Shown here: positions 1-11,849 of the stretch, piece by piece
Numbering within the stretch: the stretch's first letter is position 1
Layout: each line of letters begins with the position of its first letter
NCBI RefSeq assembly: GCF_004010195.1
Contig: NC_057719.1
Span: 84,224,131 to 84,244,130, forward strand
Direction: 5' to 3'
Origin: Chiloscyllium plagiosum
Lineage: Eukaryota
Length of the DNA: 20,000 nucleotides
Notes under the pieces: generated by a model
Told to the model about the DNA's origin: nothing
Databases searched by the model: none
Seen by the model: the letters and a program-made list of their open reading frames with translations, nothing else
Translations under genes and position numbers: made by a program

Positions 1-477
1 TGTACAATAACACACGCCATACAGTTTAAACATGCTCCAAAAATTGATTCATACAGCTGGAGTCCAAAACCCAGTTAGGTCAGGCTCTAGCACACCAGGC
101 ATTCTGCAACATGCACACCATTCCACCTGAGTAGAATGACTTCAGACCTCAGCAGTTACAAATACATGCCATTTATGGTCCGGATCACACTGGTCCCATG
201 TATGATTTCCCAGTCTGTTCAACTCAAGATACTATACCAGACCTTAAATGTGTCTTTGAAGAAGAAATAAATTGATTATAGTTGCCACATAGACTCACCT
301 AATGGACATGCAGGGATATCAGCGAGCAGCACAGCAGGAACATGTCATAGCTCAAGTTGCATGCTTCAGGAAGAGGAATGGAGAAGATTGTGTCCCACAA
401 ATATTGGGACCACCAGAAGGGGCAGGCTATTATTTAGCATGCTTAAAAGGAAAAGCATGACTTGACTATCCAGAACG

Positions 478-774
478 GTGGGCGGCACGGTGACTAGCAC
501 TGCTGCCTGAGTTCAATTCCTGCCTCTGGCGACTGACTGTGTGGAGTTTGCACGTTCTCCCCGTGTCTGCGTGGGTTTCCTCCGGGTGCTCCGGTTTCCT
601 CCCACAGTCCAAAGATGTACAGGTCAGGTGAATTGGCCATGCTAAATTGCCTGTAGTGTTAGGTAAGGGGTAAATGTAGGGGTATGGGTGGGTTGCGCTT
701 CGGCGGGGCGGTGTGGACTTGTTGGGCTGAAGGGCCTGTTTCCATACTGTAAGTAATCTAATCTAAAAAAAAAA
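478..774 (+). mobile_element. HE1-type tRNA-derived SINE (V-SINE superfamily) with CR1-derived 3' tail
   Basis: tRNA-like head with B-box-like GTTCAATTCC; central V-domain-like core (TGTGTGGAGTTTGCACGTTCTCCCCGTGTCTGCGTGGGTTTCCTCCGGGTGCTCCGGTTTCCTCCCACAGTCCAAAGA); tail GAAGGGCCTGTTTCCATACTGTA shared with the CR1 end at 3462-3492; ends in AATCT repeats plus an A-run. A second copy lies in the opposite orientation at 17561-17872. Confidence 0.92.
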
Positions 775-1110
775 CCTCAAGCCTATTCTACTATTCAATA
801 AAATTACTGAGGTTCTACCTTAACTCCACCTTCCTGGACTATTGCCATTTCCCTCACCATGCAAAGAAATTATCAATCTGCGTCAAATATGCTTAACATC
901 TAAACATCCACAACTCTGATGAAAATTCCAAAGATTTACAACATTTGAGTGGGGACATTGCTCCTCACCTCAGTTCGAATTTGGATTCTTTATTCTGAGT
1001 TTATATGATTCCCGAGTTCTGGACATCTCAGCAAAGGGAAACATCCTCACAGTATCTGCTGTCATGCCCCTCACAAAAAGGCCACCTCTCAATCTTTGAA
1101 ACTTTACTGA
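775..1110 (-). mobile_element. Old, degenerate CR1 LINE 3' fragment
   Basis: By-eye colinearity with the better-preserved minus-strand CR1 3' ends at about 8930-9260 and 16340-16690 (AAGCCTATTCTACTATTCAATAA... CTCCTCACCTCAGT... AAAGGGAAACATCCTC). Boundaries approximate. Confidence 0.6.
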
Positions 1111-1431
1111 ATAAAAGCCATGTCTCCAGTATACTCATTACTTTTAGGTGGTTGCAGGTGCAGCCAACAAGACAGTCCGCAATTATAAATGACCATCACA
1201 ATTCAAAAATAATGCAGGTTTTGCAGAAGACCTGATAACCTGATTTCAATATTGACTTAAGTAACTTTGTTGTCTCAATCTACAATTTTCAATCTGTCAG
1301 CAATTCTCGAGCTGAAAACTGAATGTGACTTTTATTTGCAGCTGAGATCTGGAGTGCTGAGCTCAGTGTGAAACACAGTATTTCTATCCAGGAGTCCAGC
1401 CATCTTGTATCACATTAAAGCTTCTCAAGTT

Positions 1432-3507
1432 AACGAGAATCCAGAGAAAATATATTCCTGTCAGGATGAAAGGAAAGGCTGTTAAAGTATAGGGAATGCT
1501 GGATGACTAAAGAAATTGAGGATTTGGTTAAGAAAAAGGAAGCATATGTAAAGTATAGACAGGATAGATCGAACGATTCCTTAGAAGAGTATAAAGGAAG
1601 TAGGAGTATACTGAAGAGGGAAATCAGGAGGGCAAAAAGAGAACATGAGATAGCTTTGGCAAATAGAATTAAGGAGAATCCAAAGGATTTTTACAAATAC
1701 ATTAAGGACAAAAGGGTAACTAGGGAGAGAATAGGGCCCCTCAAAGATCAGCAAGGCAGGCTTTGTGTGGAGCTACAGAAAATGGGGGGAGATACTAAAT
1801 GAGTATTTTGCATCAGTATTTACTGTGGAAAAGATATGGAAGATATAGACTGTAGGGAAATAGATGGTGACATCTTGCAAAATGTCCAGATTACAGAGGA
1901 AGATGTGCTGGATGTCTTGAAACGGTTAAAGGTGGATAAATCCCCAGGACCTGATCAGGAGTACCAGAGAACTCTGTGCGAAGCTAGAGAAGTGATTGCT
2001 GGGCCTCTTGTAGAGATATTTGTATCATCAATAGTCACAGGAGAGATGCCGGAAGACTGGAGGTTGGCAAACGTGGTGCCACTGTTTAAGAAGGGTGGTA
2101 AGCACAAGCCAGAAAACTATAGACCAGTGAGCCTGAACTCGGTGGTGGGCAAGTTGTTGGAGGGAATCCTGAGGGACAGGATGTACATGTATTTGAAAGG
2201 CAAGGACTGATTAGGGATAGTCAACATAGCTTTGTGCATGGGGAATCATGTCTCACAAACTTGACTGAGTTTTTTTGAAGAAGTGACAAAGAGGATTGAT
2301 GAGGGCAGAGCGGTAGATGTGATCTATATGGACTTCAGTAAGGCATTCGACAAGGTTCCCCATGGGAGACTGGTTAGCAAGGTTAGATCTCATGGAATAC
2401 AGGGAGAACTAGCCATTTGGATACAGAACTGGCTCAAAGGCAGAAGACAGAGGGTGGTGGTGGAGGGTTGTTTTTCAGAGTGGAGGCCTGTGACCAGTGA
2501 AGTTCCACAAGGATCTGTGCTGGGTCCTCTACTTTTTGTCATTTACATAAATGATTTGGATGAGAGCATAAAGGTGGTACAGTTAGTAAGTTTGCAGATG
2601 ACACCAAAATTGGAGGTGTAGTGGACAGCGAAGAGGGTTACCTCAGATTACAACAGGATATGGACCAGTTGGGGCAGTGGGCTGAGAAGTGGCAGATGGA
2701 GTTTAATTCAGATAAATGCGAGGTGCTGCATTTTGTGAAAGCAAATCTTATCAGGACTTATACACTTAATGGTAAGGTCCTAGGGAGTGTTGCTGAACAA
2801 AGAGACCTTGGAGTGCAGGTTCATAGCTCCTTGAAAGTGGCGTCGCAGGTAGATAGGATATTGAAGAAGGCATTTGGTATGCTTTCCTTTATTGGTCAGA
2901 GTATTGAGTACAGGAGTTGGGAGGTCATGTTGCGGCTCTACAGGACATTGTTAGGCCACTGTTGGAATATAGCGTACAATTCTGGTCTCCTTCCTATCAG
3001 GAAGATATTGTGAAACTTGAAAGGGTTCAGAAAAGATTAACAAGGATGTTGCCAGGGTTGGAGGATTTGAGCTATAGGGAGAGGCTGAACAGGCTGGAGC
3101 TGTTTTCCCTGGAGTGTCAGAGGCTGAGGGGTGACCTTATAGAGGTTTACAAAATGATGAGGGGCATGGATAGGATAAATAGACAAAGTCTTTTCCCTCG
3201 GGTTGGGGAGTCCAGAACTAGAGGGCATAGGTTTAGGGTGAGAGGGGAAAGATATAAAAGAGACCTAAGAGGCAACTTTTTCACACAGACCATGGTACGT
3301 GTACGGAATGAGCTGCCAGAGTAAGTGGTGGAGGCTGGTACAATTGCAACATTTAACAGGCATTTGGATGGGTATATGAATAGGAAGGGTTTGGAGGGAT
3401 ATGGGCCGGGTGCTGGCAGGTGGGACTAGATTGGGTTGGGATATCTGGTCGGCATGGATGGGTTGGACCGAAGGGTCTGTTTCCATGCTGTACATCTCTA
3501 TGATTCT
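1432..3507 (+). mobile_element. 5'-truncated CR1 LINE (HER1-like), ORF2 RT and C-terminal region broken by frameshifts
   Basis: ORF pieces carry CR1 ORF2 motifs: [63 protein letters not shown] (out of frame at about 2588-2605), WQMEFN..KC, RDLGV, RPLLEY.VQFWSP, RLRGDLIE.YK, RGH. 3' UTR ends ...CTCTATGATTCT. Possible 5-bp TSD AAGTT at 1427-1431 and 3508-3512. Confidence 0.95.
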
Positions 3508-4176
3508 AAGTTGTCTTGAATATACAGTCACTTCCCCACAGCTACGAAGCAGCTGCAGAGACTGACAAATTAATAGAGGAGAAACCAATATAAAATACAT
3601 CACAATTCCTCTAACCAGCCGCAAATTTCCTTGAAGTTAGTGCCTCAGTAGTTCCCACATCAGATCTACTGGTATATGTGACTCACTCCTGTCGCACTCC
3701 AATTCCAATTTTAACTTCATAAATATGGGAAATTTATTTCAATGCAGGGACTGAGACTTGCCCCAGTCTTTCAAACTCAGCAATTCCTGGTTAAAGAATA
3801 ACAAGGATTAGCGTCCCCATTGCTGATTGGATCAACATAGCTGTTCGCGTCAGCAAGGTGGGTGAAAAATGGCAAATTACAAAAAAAAACTCAAACAACT
3901 TGACAACAGATCATCTTATTTTGAATTACAGTTCCTGAACAAACTTCCAGCATTGGGCCATGAATGAATACGGAGGTTCACCAGAGCAATTACTGTCTGA
4001 GAGAGATTCAGTCAATACTGGGTGGGATATGCAAGCATGCAGGGTTGAAATCAAACGCCAACCCTATTCAGTCTTGACCTGATGTACATATTGTGCTGTA
4101 AAATATGTTAGTGTTCAGATGAGCATTTCAATAATGGACAAGATTGGTGTGAAATGAGAGATTTCTTGAACAATAC

Positions 4177-4293
4177 CTCAGTCAGGGTTCCACAGGCTAG
4201 TCCACCGTGAAGGACCTCGTCAAGTTTGGTCAGAGAGGTGGGGAAGAAAGCAATGGATGGTTTCGAACATCTTTCCGCTTTCATTTCAAGTGC
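4177..4293 (-). CDS. RAD51B: RAD51B third coding exon (117 nt): ALEMKAERCSKPSIAFFPTSLTKLDEVLHGGLACGTLTE
   Basis: Matches the RAD51B segment just before Walker A (human ...AFLSTTLSALDEALHGGVACGSLTE). Acceptor TTTGTTTGTGTTCTTGTCAG and donor GTATTG on the minus strand. Length and phase 0/0 match the human exon as I recall it. Confidence 0.95.
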
Positions 4294-4568
4294 CTGACAA
4301 GAACACAAACAAATATTTACAAAGTGCACCTCACCAGTAACTTTGTAGCATTATCTGTCAATGAGTTAAACAATCAGAATTCGAGAACCCTAACTGTCCT
4401 CCTGTTAGCCACTAACCAAAGCGTGAGCAGACTGTGGATCACATGATTCTGTGGATGCTGCTACACCTGACTGAAGGACCCCAGCTCAATTCTGCCCTCT
4501 TACACTTACCAGATTTTTATCCACCCCACTGTAGATGGCCAAGTCCTCTGCTACAACATAAGTGCTAG

Positions 4569-7532
4569 GTTTTACTGGCTGGGAGAGGGCTCTGATGAGC
4601 CCAGAGAGCACGGATTCGGCTTCGCAGTAAAGAAGAGCCTGATGAACGCCAGGCAGCAATGGCTCAGAGTGACTCATGACTCTTCGCCTCAATACCACTG
4701 CAAGCCCAGTCACCCTTGTCAGTGTGTGTGCCCCGATACTGTCCTCCACACCAGACACACAATGAGTTCTACAACAAACTTGCACCTCTCATTGGCAGCA
4801 TCCCTAGGAAGGAGCAACTTGTTCTGCTGGGCAACTTCAATGCCAGAGTGGGAGCAGACCACGACTCGTGACCCTCCTGCCTTGGGCATTTTGGTGTGGG
4901 CAAAATGCATGAGAACAGACAGCGACTGCTCGAGCTGTGCACTCACCATGATTTGTGCATCACCAACTCCTAATTCCAGACAAAGCCTCAGCACAAGGTT
5001 TCCTGGAGACACCCGCACTCAAAGCTTTGGCACCAACTCAATCTGATCCTATTTAGGTGCGCAGCTATCAGACATGTTCTCCACGCACACTCTCACCATA
5101 GTGTGGACTGTGACACAGATCACCCCTTAGTGTGTTGCAAGATTAGGCTGCAACCCAAGAGATTCCATCATACTAAGCAACACAGGAACCCTTGCATCAA
5201 TGTCAGCAAGATTTCCCAGCCAGACCTTATTGCAACAGATCACAAAGGCTTTCGAGAGAGAACTCAGCACCTTGTAACACGAACACTCCGCCACACAGAA
5301 GTGGGAAACCTTGCAGGATACCATGCACCAAACATCCCTGACTATCTTTGGGAAGAAGACCTGCAAGACACACAACTGGTTTGAAGCTAAAGCAACAAGA
5401 TGACCCCTGTCATTGAAGCCAAGCGTGTCGCCCTAGCTGAGTACAAGCGGTCAGCTAGCGGGAAGAACCTGCAGATTCTCAGGGCTGTCAGCAGACTGCC
5501 AGGCATTGTGCTAACGAGTACTGGACACAGTTAAGTGAGGTAATTCAGATGGCTGCTATAACAGGGAACATTTGGGGAATATACAAAAGCATCAAGAAGG
5601 CACTATGACCAGCTCAGAGCAAGACAGCCCCCCCTCAAATCCTCTACTGGGGAAGTAATCACAGAGAAAGGCCAACAGATGGAGAGGTGGGTTGAATACT
5701 ACTCTGATCTCTAGAGTATACTGTGACTGCTTCAGCACCTGATGCCATCACTTGCTTGTCAACCATGGAGGAGCTACATTTAGAGCCATCAGTAGAAGAA
5801 CTCAGCAATGCCATTGACAGCCTGGCCTCAGGTAAGGCCCCGAGTAGCAACGGGATTCCTCCTGATCTGATCAAGTGCTGCAAGACTAGCTTACTACACC
5901 CATTGCATGAAGTCCTCTGCCAGTGCTGGCAAGGAGGAGCGATACTGCAGGCCATGACAGATGACAAGACCATTGCCCTCTACAAGAACAAGCGAAACGA
6001 CTGCAACAACTACAGAGGCATCTCTCTCCTCAACATTGTCAGCATCTAGACTCGCCTGCAGAAACTGGCAGAACATGTATACCCAGAGTCACAGTGCGGC
6101 TTCCGAGCTAAAGGTCAACAGTCGACATGATCTTCTCTCTTCACAAACTCGTCACAAAGTGCAGAGAACAGAAAATGCCCCTGCATGGCGCTTTCATCGA
6201 CCTCACCAAAGTGTTCGCCCTGGTCAGCAGAAACTGCATTTTCAAGGTTCTCCTGAAGATCGGCTGCCTACCAAAGCTGCTGAGCATGGTCGAACCCTTC
6301 CATGGGAACTTGAAGAGGGCAATGCAGTTCAACGGCAGCTCTTCTGAGCCCTCTGACATCTGCAGCAGCGTCAAACAAGGCTGCATCCTCATTCCCACAC
6401 TCATTGGGATTTTGTTTGCTGTGGTCCGGAAACATGCCTTTGGCAGTGCAACAGTGGGGATTTACCTACGCACTCGATCAGACGGCAGGCCCTTCAATCT
6501 GGCCTGCCTCAGGGGCAAGACAAAAGTACGTGCCGCACTCATCAGGGGCGTGCTATTTGCCGATGATGGTGCAGTTGCAACACACACCCAACAGGAACTC
6601 CAGTTACTGATAGACTGCCTCTCTCACGCTTGCAAGGACTTCAGGCTGACTATCAGTCTAAAGAAGACAAGCATCCTGGGACTTCACACAGAGGCACTGT
6701 CAGTTATCACCATCGACAACTACGAACATAATGACAGCCATCTGTTTACATGCCTTGGCTTACTGTCACTGACAACCTTTCCTTGGACACAGATCAACAA
6801 GAAGACTGGGAAAGCAGCCTCAACTCTTGCTCGCCTCATGACTCAAGTATGGACAAATCACAAGCTGACAGCGAAGACAAAAATGTTAGTCTACAAAGCC
6901 TGCGTCATAACAACATTGCTGTACAGCAGTGAAACACAGACTACATAGGCCAGGCAGGAGGATTATGAACACCTTTCACTTGAGGAGTATCCTTCGTATC
7001 CTGGGCATATCCTGGCAAGACAGTGTCCAACTCAGCGGTTCTATCTCGCGCTGGCCTTCCCAGCACGTACACTCTGTTCAGGCAATGGAGACTACACTGG
7101 CTGGGCCACACCCACCACATGGAGGATGGCCACATCCCAAAGGATATCCTTTATGGAGAGCTTGCGTCTAGGAAGAGGCCTACTGGGCATCCTCAGCTGC
7201 GCTACAGGGATGTCAGCATGAGGGACTTGAAAGCGCCTGATGTCGTTATGGAGTCCTGGGAAAGGTTTGCAAGCTGACCGCATGAGATGGACAAGCACCC
7301 TGAACCAACACCTCAAAACAGGGGAAAAGAAGCTGATGAATGCTGCAGCAGGCAAGCGGGCACCAAGGAAGGAGTGCAGCAGTTCCAGCAGATCAACGAC
7401 CACACACAGATGTGACCTCTGCGACTGTCACTCCAGCATTGATCTCTTCAGTCACAAGCGACATTGCTTCAGGGAAGCAAAAAGCCAGAACGAGGATGCT
7501 ACCCACGGTCAGCCATGACCAAAAGGGGCCTC
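4569..7532 (+). mobile_element. 5'-truncated RTE-clade LINE (APE endonuclease, RT, C-terminal Cys/His motif), many frameshifts and stops
   Basis: Endonuclease motifs FYWLGEGSDEPREHGFGFAV, LLGNFNARVG and DCDTDHPLV. RT motifs NNYRGISLLN, QCGFR, AFIDLTKVF, VKQGCILIPTL and LFADDGA. RTE-type C-terminus RLHWLGHTHHMEDGHIPKDILYGEL and CDLCDCHSSIDLFSHKRHC. Short 3' UTR. Confidence 0.92.
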
Positions 7533-7537
7533 ACTCG

Positions 7538-7665
7538 AGTTCTTTCCTTAAATGAGATGTCACTATTTAAAGTGTACCTATCTGACAAGCTTTTGGTTAA
7601 ATGCTCTATAATGTGGCTCCACATCAATCTTTGGCAGATAACATCCTTAAAATTCGCTCAAGCAC
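7538..7665 (+). mobile_element. Degenerate L2-like 3' end remnant
   Basis: TACCTATCTGACAAGCTTTTGGTT...ATGTGGCTCCACATCAATCTTTGG resembles the L2 tail at 12290-12365 (CACCTGCCTGCCTGACCAAGCTTTGGGTT...GTGGTTCAGTGTCATATTTTG). Confidence 0.45.
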
Positions 7666-8322
7666 CTCACATGAATACAACTTGAGTTTGTTTCTGCTCA
7701 CAAGAGCCTATCCGTTCTTTATGTCTAGCACCAAACTATTTTTCATTTATTCATGGGTTTCACTGACTGAGCCAGTATTTATTGTCCATCCTAACTGCAT
7801 GAGAGAAGGTGGTGAGCTGTCTTCTTGAACTGTTCAGGTCCACTTGACGTAGAAAGACCCGCAAAACCATTAGTGAGGGAGTTCCAGGTTTTTGACCCAG
7901 TGACAGTGAAGGAACAGATTCAAAGTCTGAGAATGGTGAGTCATGGTGGTGTTCTCATGTATCTGCTGACCTTACCCTTACAGATGGTAGTAGCTGTGGG
8001 TTCGCAAGGTGCTGCACACGTAGCCTTGGTGAATTTCTGTAGTGCATCGTGCAGACAGTACTACTATTGCTTTTGAGCATTGGTGGTGGAGTGACTGAAT
8101 TTTTTAGTTAGGTTCCGAATCAAGTGGGTTGCTTTGTCCTGGATAATGTCAAGCTTCTTGAATGTTGCTGAAGCTGCACCCATTCAGACAAGCAGAGAAT
8201 ACTCTATCACTTTCTTGATGAGACATGTAGATGGTGGACAGGCGTTGGTGAACTGAGTGTTGCAGGATTTTTATCCTCTGATGTGCTTTTATGCCAAAAG
8301 TCTAGCCAAATGGCGAGTCCAG

Positions 8323-8525
8323 AGGGTGGTGCTGGAAAAGCACAACAGGTCAGGCAGCATCTGAGGAGCAGGAAAATCAACATTTCGGGCAAAAGACCTC
8401 CTCAGAAGGGCTTTTGCCTAAAACATTGATTTTCCTGGTCCTCGGTTGCTGTTTGACCTGCTGTACTTTTCCAGCACCACACTCTTGATTCTAATCTCCA
8501 GTACCTGCAATCCTCGCTTTTGCCT
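8323..8525. mobile_element. Short palindromic non-autonomous element, probably derived from Penelope-like element termini, with a 15-bp TSD
   Basis: Imperfect inverted arms of about 75 bp centred near 8400. Flanked by AAATGGCGAGTCCAG (8308-8322) and AAATGGCTAGTCCAG (8526-8540). Contains CTGAnGA...GAAA hammerhead-like cores. Confidence 0.75.
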
Positions 8526-8894
8526 AAATGGCTAGTCCAGTTCAGTTTCTGGTTAATGGTAAGCCTCAGAGATAGTGATGGCACTGAACGTCAAGGACTA
8601 ATGTCAGATTGCCTCTTATTGGAAATGGTCTCTGCCTGGAATTTGTGTTTCACAAATGTTATTTGCTACTTCATCCCAAGATATTGGCAGATCTTGCTCC
8701 ACTTGAACATGGATTGCTTCTGAGGAATTGCAAATTATGCTGATCTTTGTGTAATCATTACCAAACATCCCTGGTTCTGACCTTATGTTGGAGTGAGGGT
8801 ATTTAAGGAACAGCAAAAAAATGGTTGGACCTAGGACACCACCCCGAGGAACTTCAAGTCTCATCTGTTCCAGTAGCATGTGATAACATCTCTC

Positions 8895-9955
8895 AATAGG
8901 CTAGACAATAAGATACAGTAGCAGAGTTTGAGCCATTCAAACCAATAAGTCTGCCCTGCCATTCAATCATGGCTGATTAGTTTCCCAAACCCATTTTCCC
9001 ATTTTCTCCCCATAACCCTTGATCCTCAAAAATCTATCTATCTCAGTCTTAAATATACTCAATGACCTGGCTTGCACAGCCTTCTGTGGCAATGAATTCA
9101 ATAGATTCACCACTCTCTGGCTAAAGAAATTTCTCCTTATCTCCATTCTAAAAGGTTTTCCCTTCACTGTAAGGCTATGCCCTTGGGTTTTAATCTCTCC
9201 TACCAATGGAAACATCTTCCCAACATTTACTCGTCCAGGCCATTCAGTATTCTGTATGTTTAAATTAGATCCCCCTAATCCTTCTAAACTCCATCGAGTA
9301 TAGTCACAGAGTCCTCAAACATTCTTTGTAAGTTAAACTTTTCATTCCTAGGACCATTCTCATGAACCCCCTTTGAACACACTTCAGGGCCAGTACATCC
9401 TTGCTGAGATATGGGGCCCAAAGCTGCGCACAATACTCCAGATGTGGTCTGACCAGAGTCAGAGAGCCTCAGCAGTACACCCCTGCTTTGATATTCAAGT
9501 CCTCTCAAAATAAATGCCATCATTGCATTTGCCTTCCTAACTACTGACTCAACCTGCAAGTTTACCTTGAGAGAATCCTGGACTAGAAGTCCCAAGTCTC
9601 TTTGCTCTTCCCATTTAGAATTTTCTCCCCATTTAGAAATTAGTCCATGCCTCTATTCTTCCTCACACTTTCCCACATTATACTCCATCTGCCACACCTT
9701 CGTCCTCTGTCCTAACCTGTCCAAATCCATCTGCAGCCACCCCGCCTCCTCAATGCGACCTGCCCTTCTATCTATCTTTGTACCATCTGAAAACTTAGCC
9801 AGAATGCCCTCAGTTCCTTCATCTAGATCATTAATGTATAAATTGAAAAGTCCCAGTGCTCAGACTCGCCGAACACCACTTGTCATCGGCTGCCATCCTG
9901 AGAAAGAAAGACCCTTTTATCCCCACTTTCTGCCAGACAGCCAATATCTACCATG
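8895..9955 (-). mobile_element. 5'-truncated CR1 LINE nested in the older LINE
   Basis: Minus ORFs 8967-9215 (QGHSL...RRNFFSQRVVNLLNSLP) and 9284-9595 (VQDSLKVNLQVESVVRKAN) are the CR1 ORF2 C-terminus. The CR1 3' UTR is at about 8900-8975. Confidence 0.9.
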
Positions 9956-11849
9956 AGGACATCCTGCAGATTGCCCTGGAAATGACATGACTGACTTTCA
10001 GCAATCATGATCCTTTACATTGGGTACAACTTCAACCAGCACAGAGTTTTTAATTATTCCCACTGATTTCAGTTTTGCTAGGGTTCCTTCATGTCACACT
10101 TGGCCTTAATGTCAAGGGCAGTCAATCTCACCTGATCTCTAGAATTTAGCTCTTTTGTCTATGTCTGAACCAATGCTGTACTGAGGTTAGGAGCTGAGTG
10201 GCCCTGAGGATCCCAAGCTCGGCATCAGTGAGCAGTTTATTACCAAGCAAGTGCTGCCCTATAGCAAGCTGGCATCACTTTACTGATTATCAAGACTGTT
10301 AAGATGGAAATTAGCCTGGCTAAATTTGCCTTCTGTTTATCAGACATGCTTGGACAATTTTCCAATTTGTCAGATAGATGCTAGTGTTGCAGCTGTACTG
10401 GAACAGCTTGACTAAGGGCACAGGTAGTTCTGTATATAAGTCTTCAGTACCACTGCTGCAGTATTGTCAGAACCCATAGGCTTTGCACCATCCAGTGCCT
10501 CCAGCCATTTCTTGATATCACGTGGAGTGAATCGAATTGGCTGAAAACTGGCATTTGTGATGCTTGGGTCCTCTAGATGGATCAACCACTCAGCACTTCT
10601 GGCTGAAGATTGGTCCAATAGCTTAAGTCCTACGTTTACACTGATCTGCCAGGCTCAACCATTATTGGGGACGATGGTATTTATGGAGCCTCCCTCTCCA
10701 GTGAGGTTTTTCTTAAAATTGTCCATCACCATTCACGACCAGATTTGGAAGGACTGCAGAGGTCTGATCTATTGATAGTAGAATCACATAGCTCTGTCTA
10801 ATAGTTGCTGCTTCTGGAGTTTGGCACACAAGAGCTGTTTGTAGCTTCACTAGATTGAGACCTCATTTTTATGTATACCTCGTGTTGCTTTTGGCACACC
10901 ATCCTGCACTCTTCATTGAACTATGACTGTTCCATTTGCTTGGTGGTAATATGGAGTGGAGATATGCTGAGCAATGAGGTTGTAGATTGCTTTGGAGTAC
11001 AATTCTGCTGCTGCTGATGGTCCACAGCATCTCATGGATGTCTAGTCTTGAGCTGCTAGATCTGTTCAAAAATTTTATTTTATTTTGCATGATTCTACTG
11101 CCATGCAATATGATGGAAGGTAATCTCAATGTAATGACAGGTTTTGTCTCCAAAACATTTGTGTAGTGGTCACATGTACTGAGACTGTCATAGGCAGGTG
11201 CTTCTGAGACAGGCATAATACAGTCGATGAGACTGGGTATGTTTTTACTTCATGACCACCTGCAGTCCGAGTCTAGCAGCCATGTCCTTTAGGAAAAGTG
11301 AAAAACTGTCAGGGTCAAGTGGTCACCCATGCAGCTTCCATCAGAGCTCAGGAATAGGAACCCTGGCTCGCCTGTGTGTGTGTGTTAACCCAGCGACACT
11401 TAAACCACTTGTCATGTGACTAACTCTGGACGGGATTGGTTCATTTAGATGGCCAGATATCAAACCCAAGCTTTCTGAACTTTAATACAAAAGGAGTATA
11501 TAGATAATCTTTCAAATTAATCCTAAACCCAAACTCAATTTCAACTCTATTCATAATTTAGCTCAGTTTGGTGCCAGGAACAAAACTTTGTAACTTGCAG
11601 CACAACTGAAGCAGAGATTTCCTCTCGCTAATAGGGAAATATCCTTCAGAATGTGTTACAACTAAGCTGCAGTTAGCAAAAGTGTCCTCTCGTCTCTGTG
11701 CAAGTCACAGTATAGAAAACCACCCTGATTTATCCACATTTCAATAAGATCCATTTGGCTGAGATCATTTTCTCCTTGATGTTTTATCACTTCAGGATTA
11801 ATATCAGACTATTAGATATCTGGGATAGCTCTCCTGCAACTGGACAAAG

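Larger units (their letters stand above)
7738..11295 (-). mobile_element. Old CR1-clade LINE of a second family, 3' end at about 7738, interrupted by insertions at 8323-8525 and about 8895-9955
   Basis: Minus-strand ORF fragments with RT-type motifs (VPRGGVLGPTIF, INQKLNWTSH, FQPIRFTPRDIKKWLEALD...KPMGSDN, LSTCDHYT). The sequence resumes in register at about 9956 (GAGGACATCCTGCAG) after breaking at about 8855 (GAGGAACTTC). Confidence 0.8.

Noticed and set aside
1..4176. Search for the next RAD51B exon (Walker A, ITGP.GCGKTQ)
   Set aside because: No matching minus-strand sequence seen in the non-repeat parts; it presumably lies left of the window.
4108..4329. 73-aa ORF treated as a standalone gene
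   Set aside because: Only 4177-4293 is RAD51B-like and it is bounded by splice sites; the flanks are intron read-through.
4450..4520. Possible left half of an L2 remnant split by the RTE insertion (right half at 7538-7665)
   Set aside because: Similarity is too weak to support by eye, and I found no TSD for the RTE.
1503..7518. RT-encoding ORFs as a retron, DGR, group II intron or other novel RT system
   Set aside because: The motifs, 3' tails and frameshifts identify ordinary decayed CR1 and RTE non-LTR retrotransposons in a vertebrate intron.
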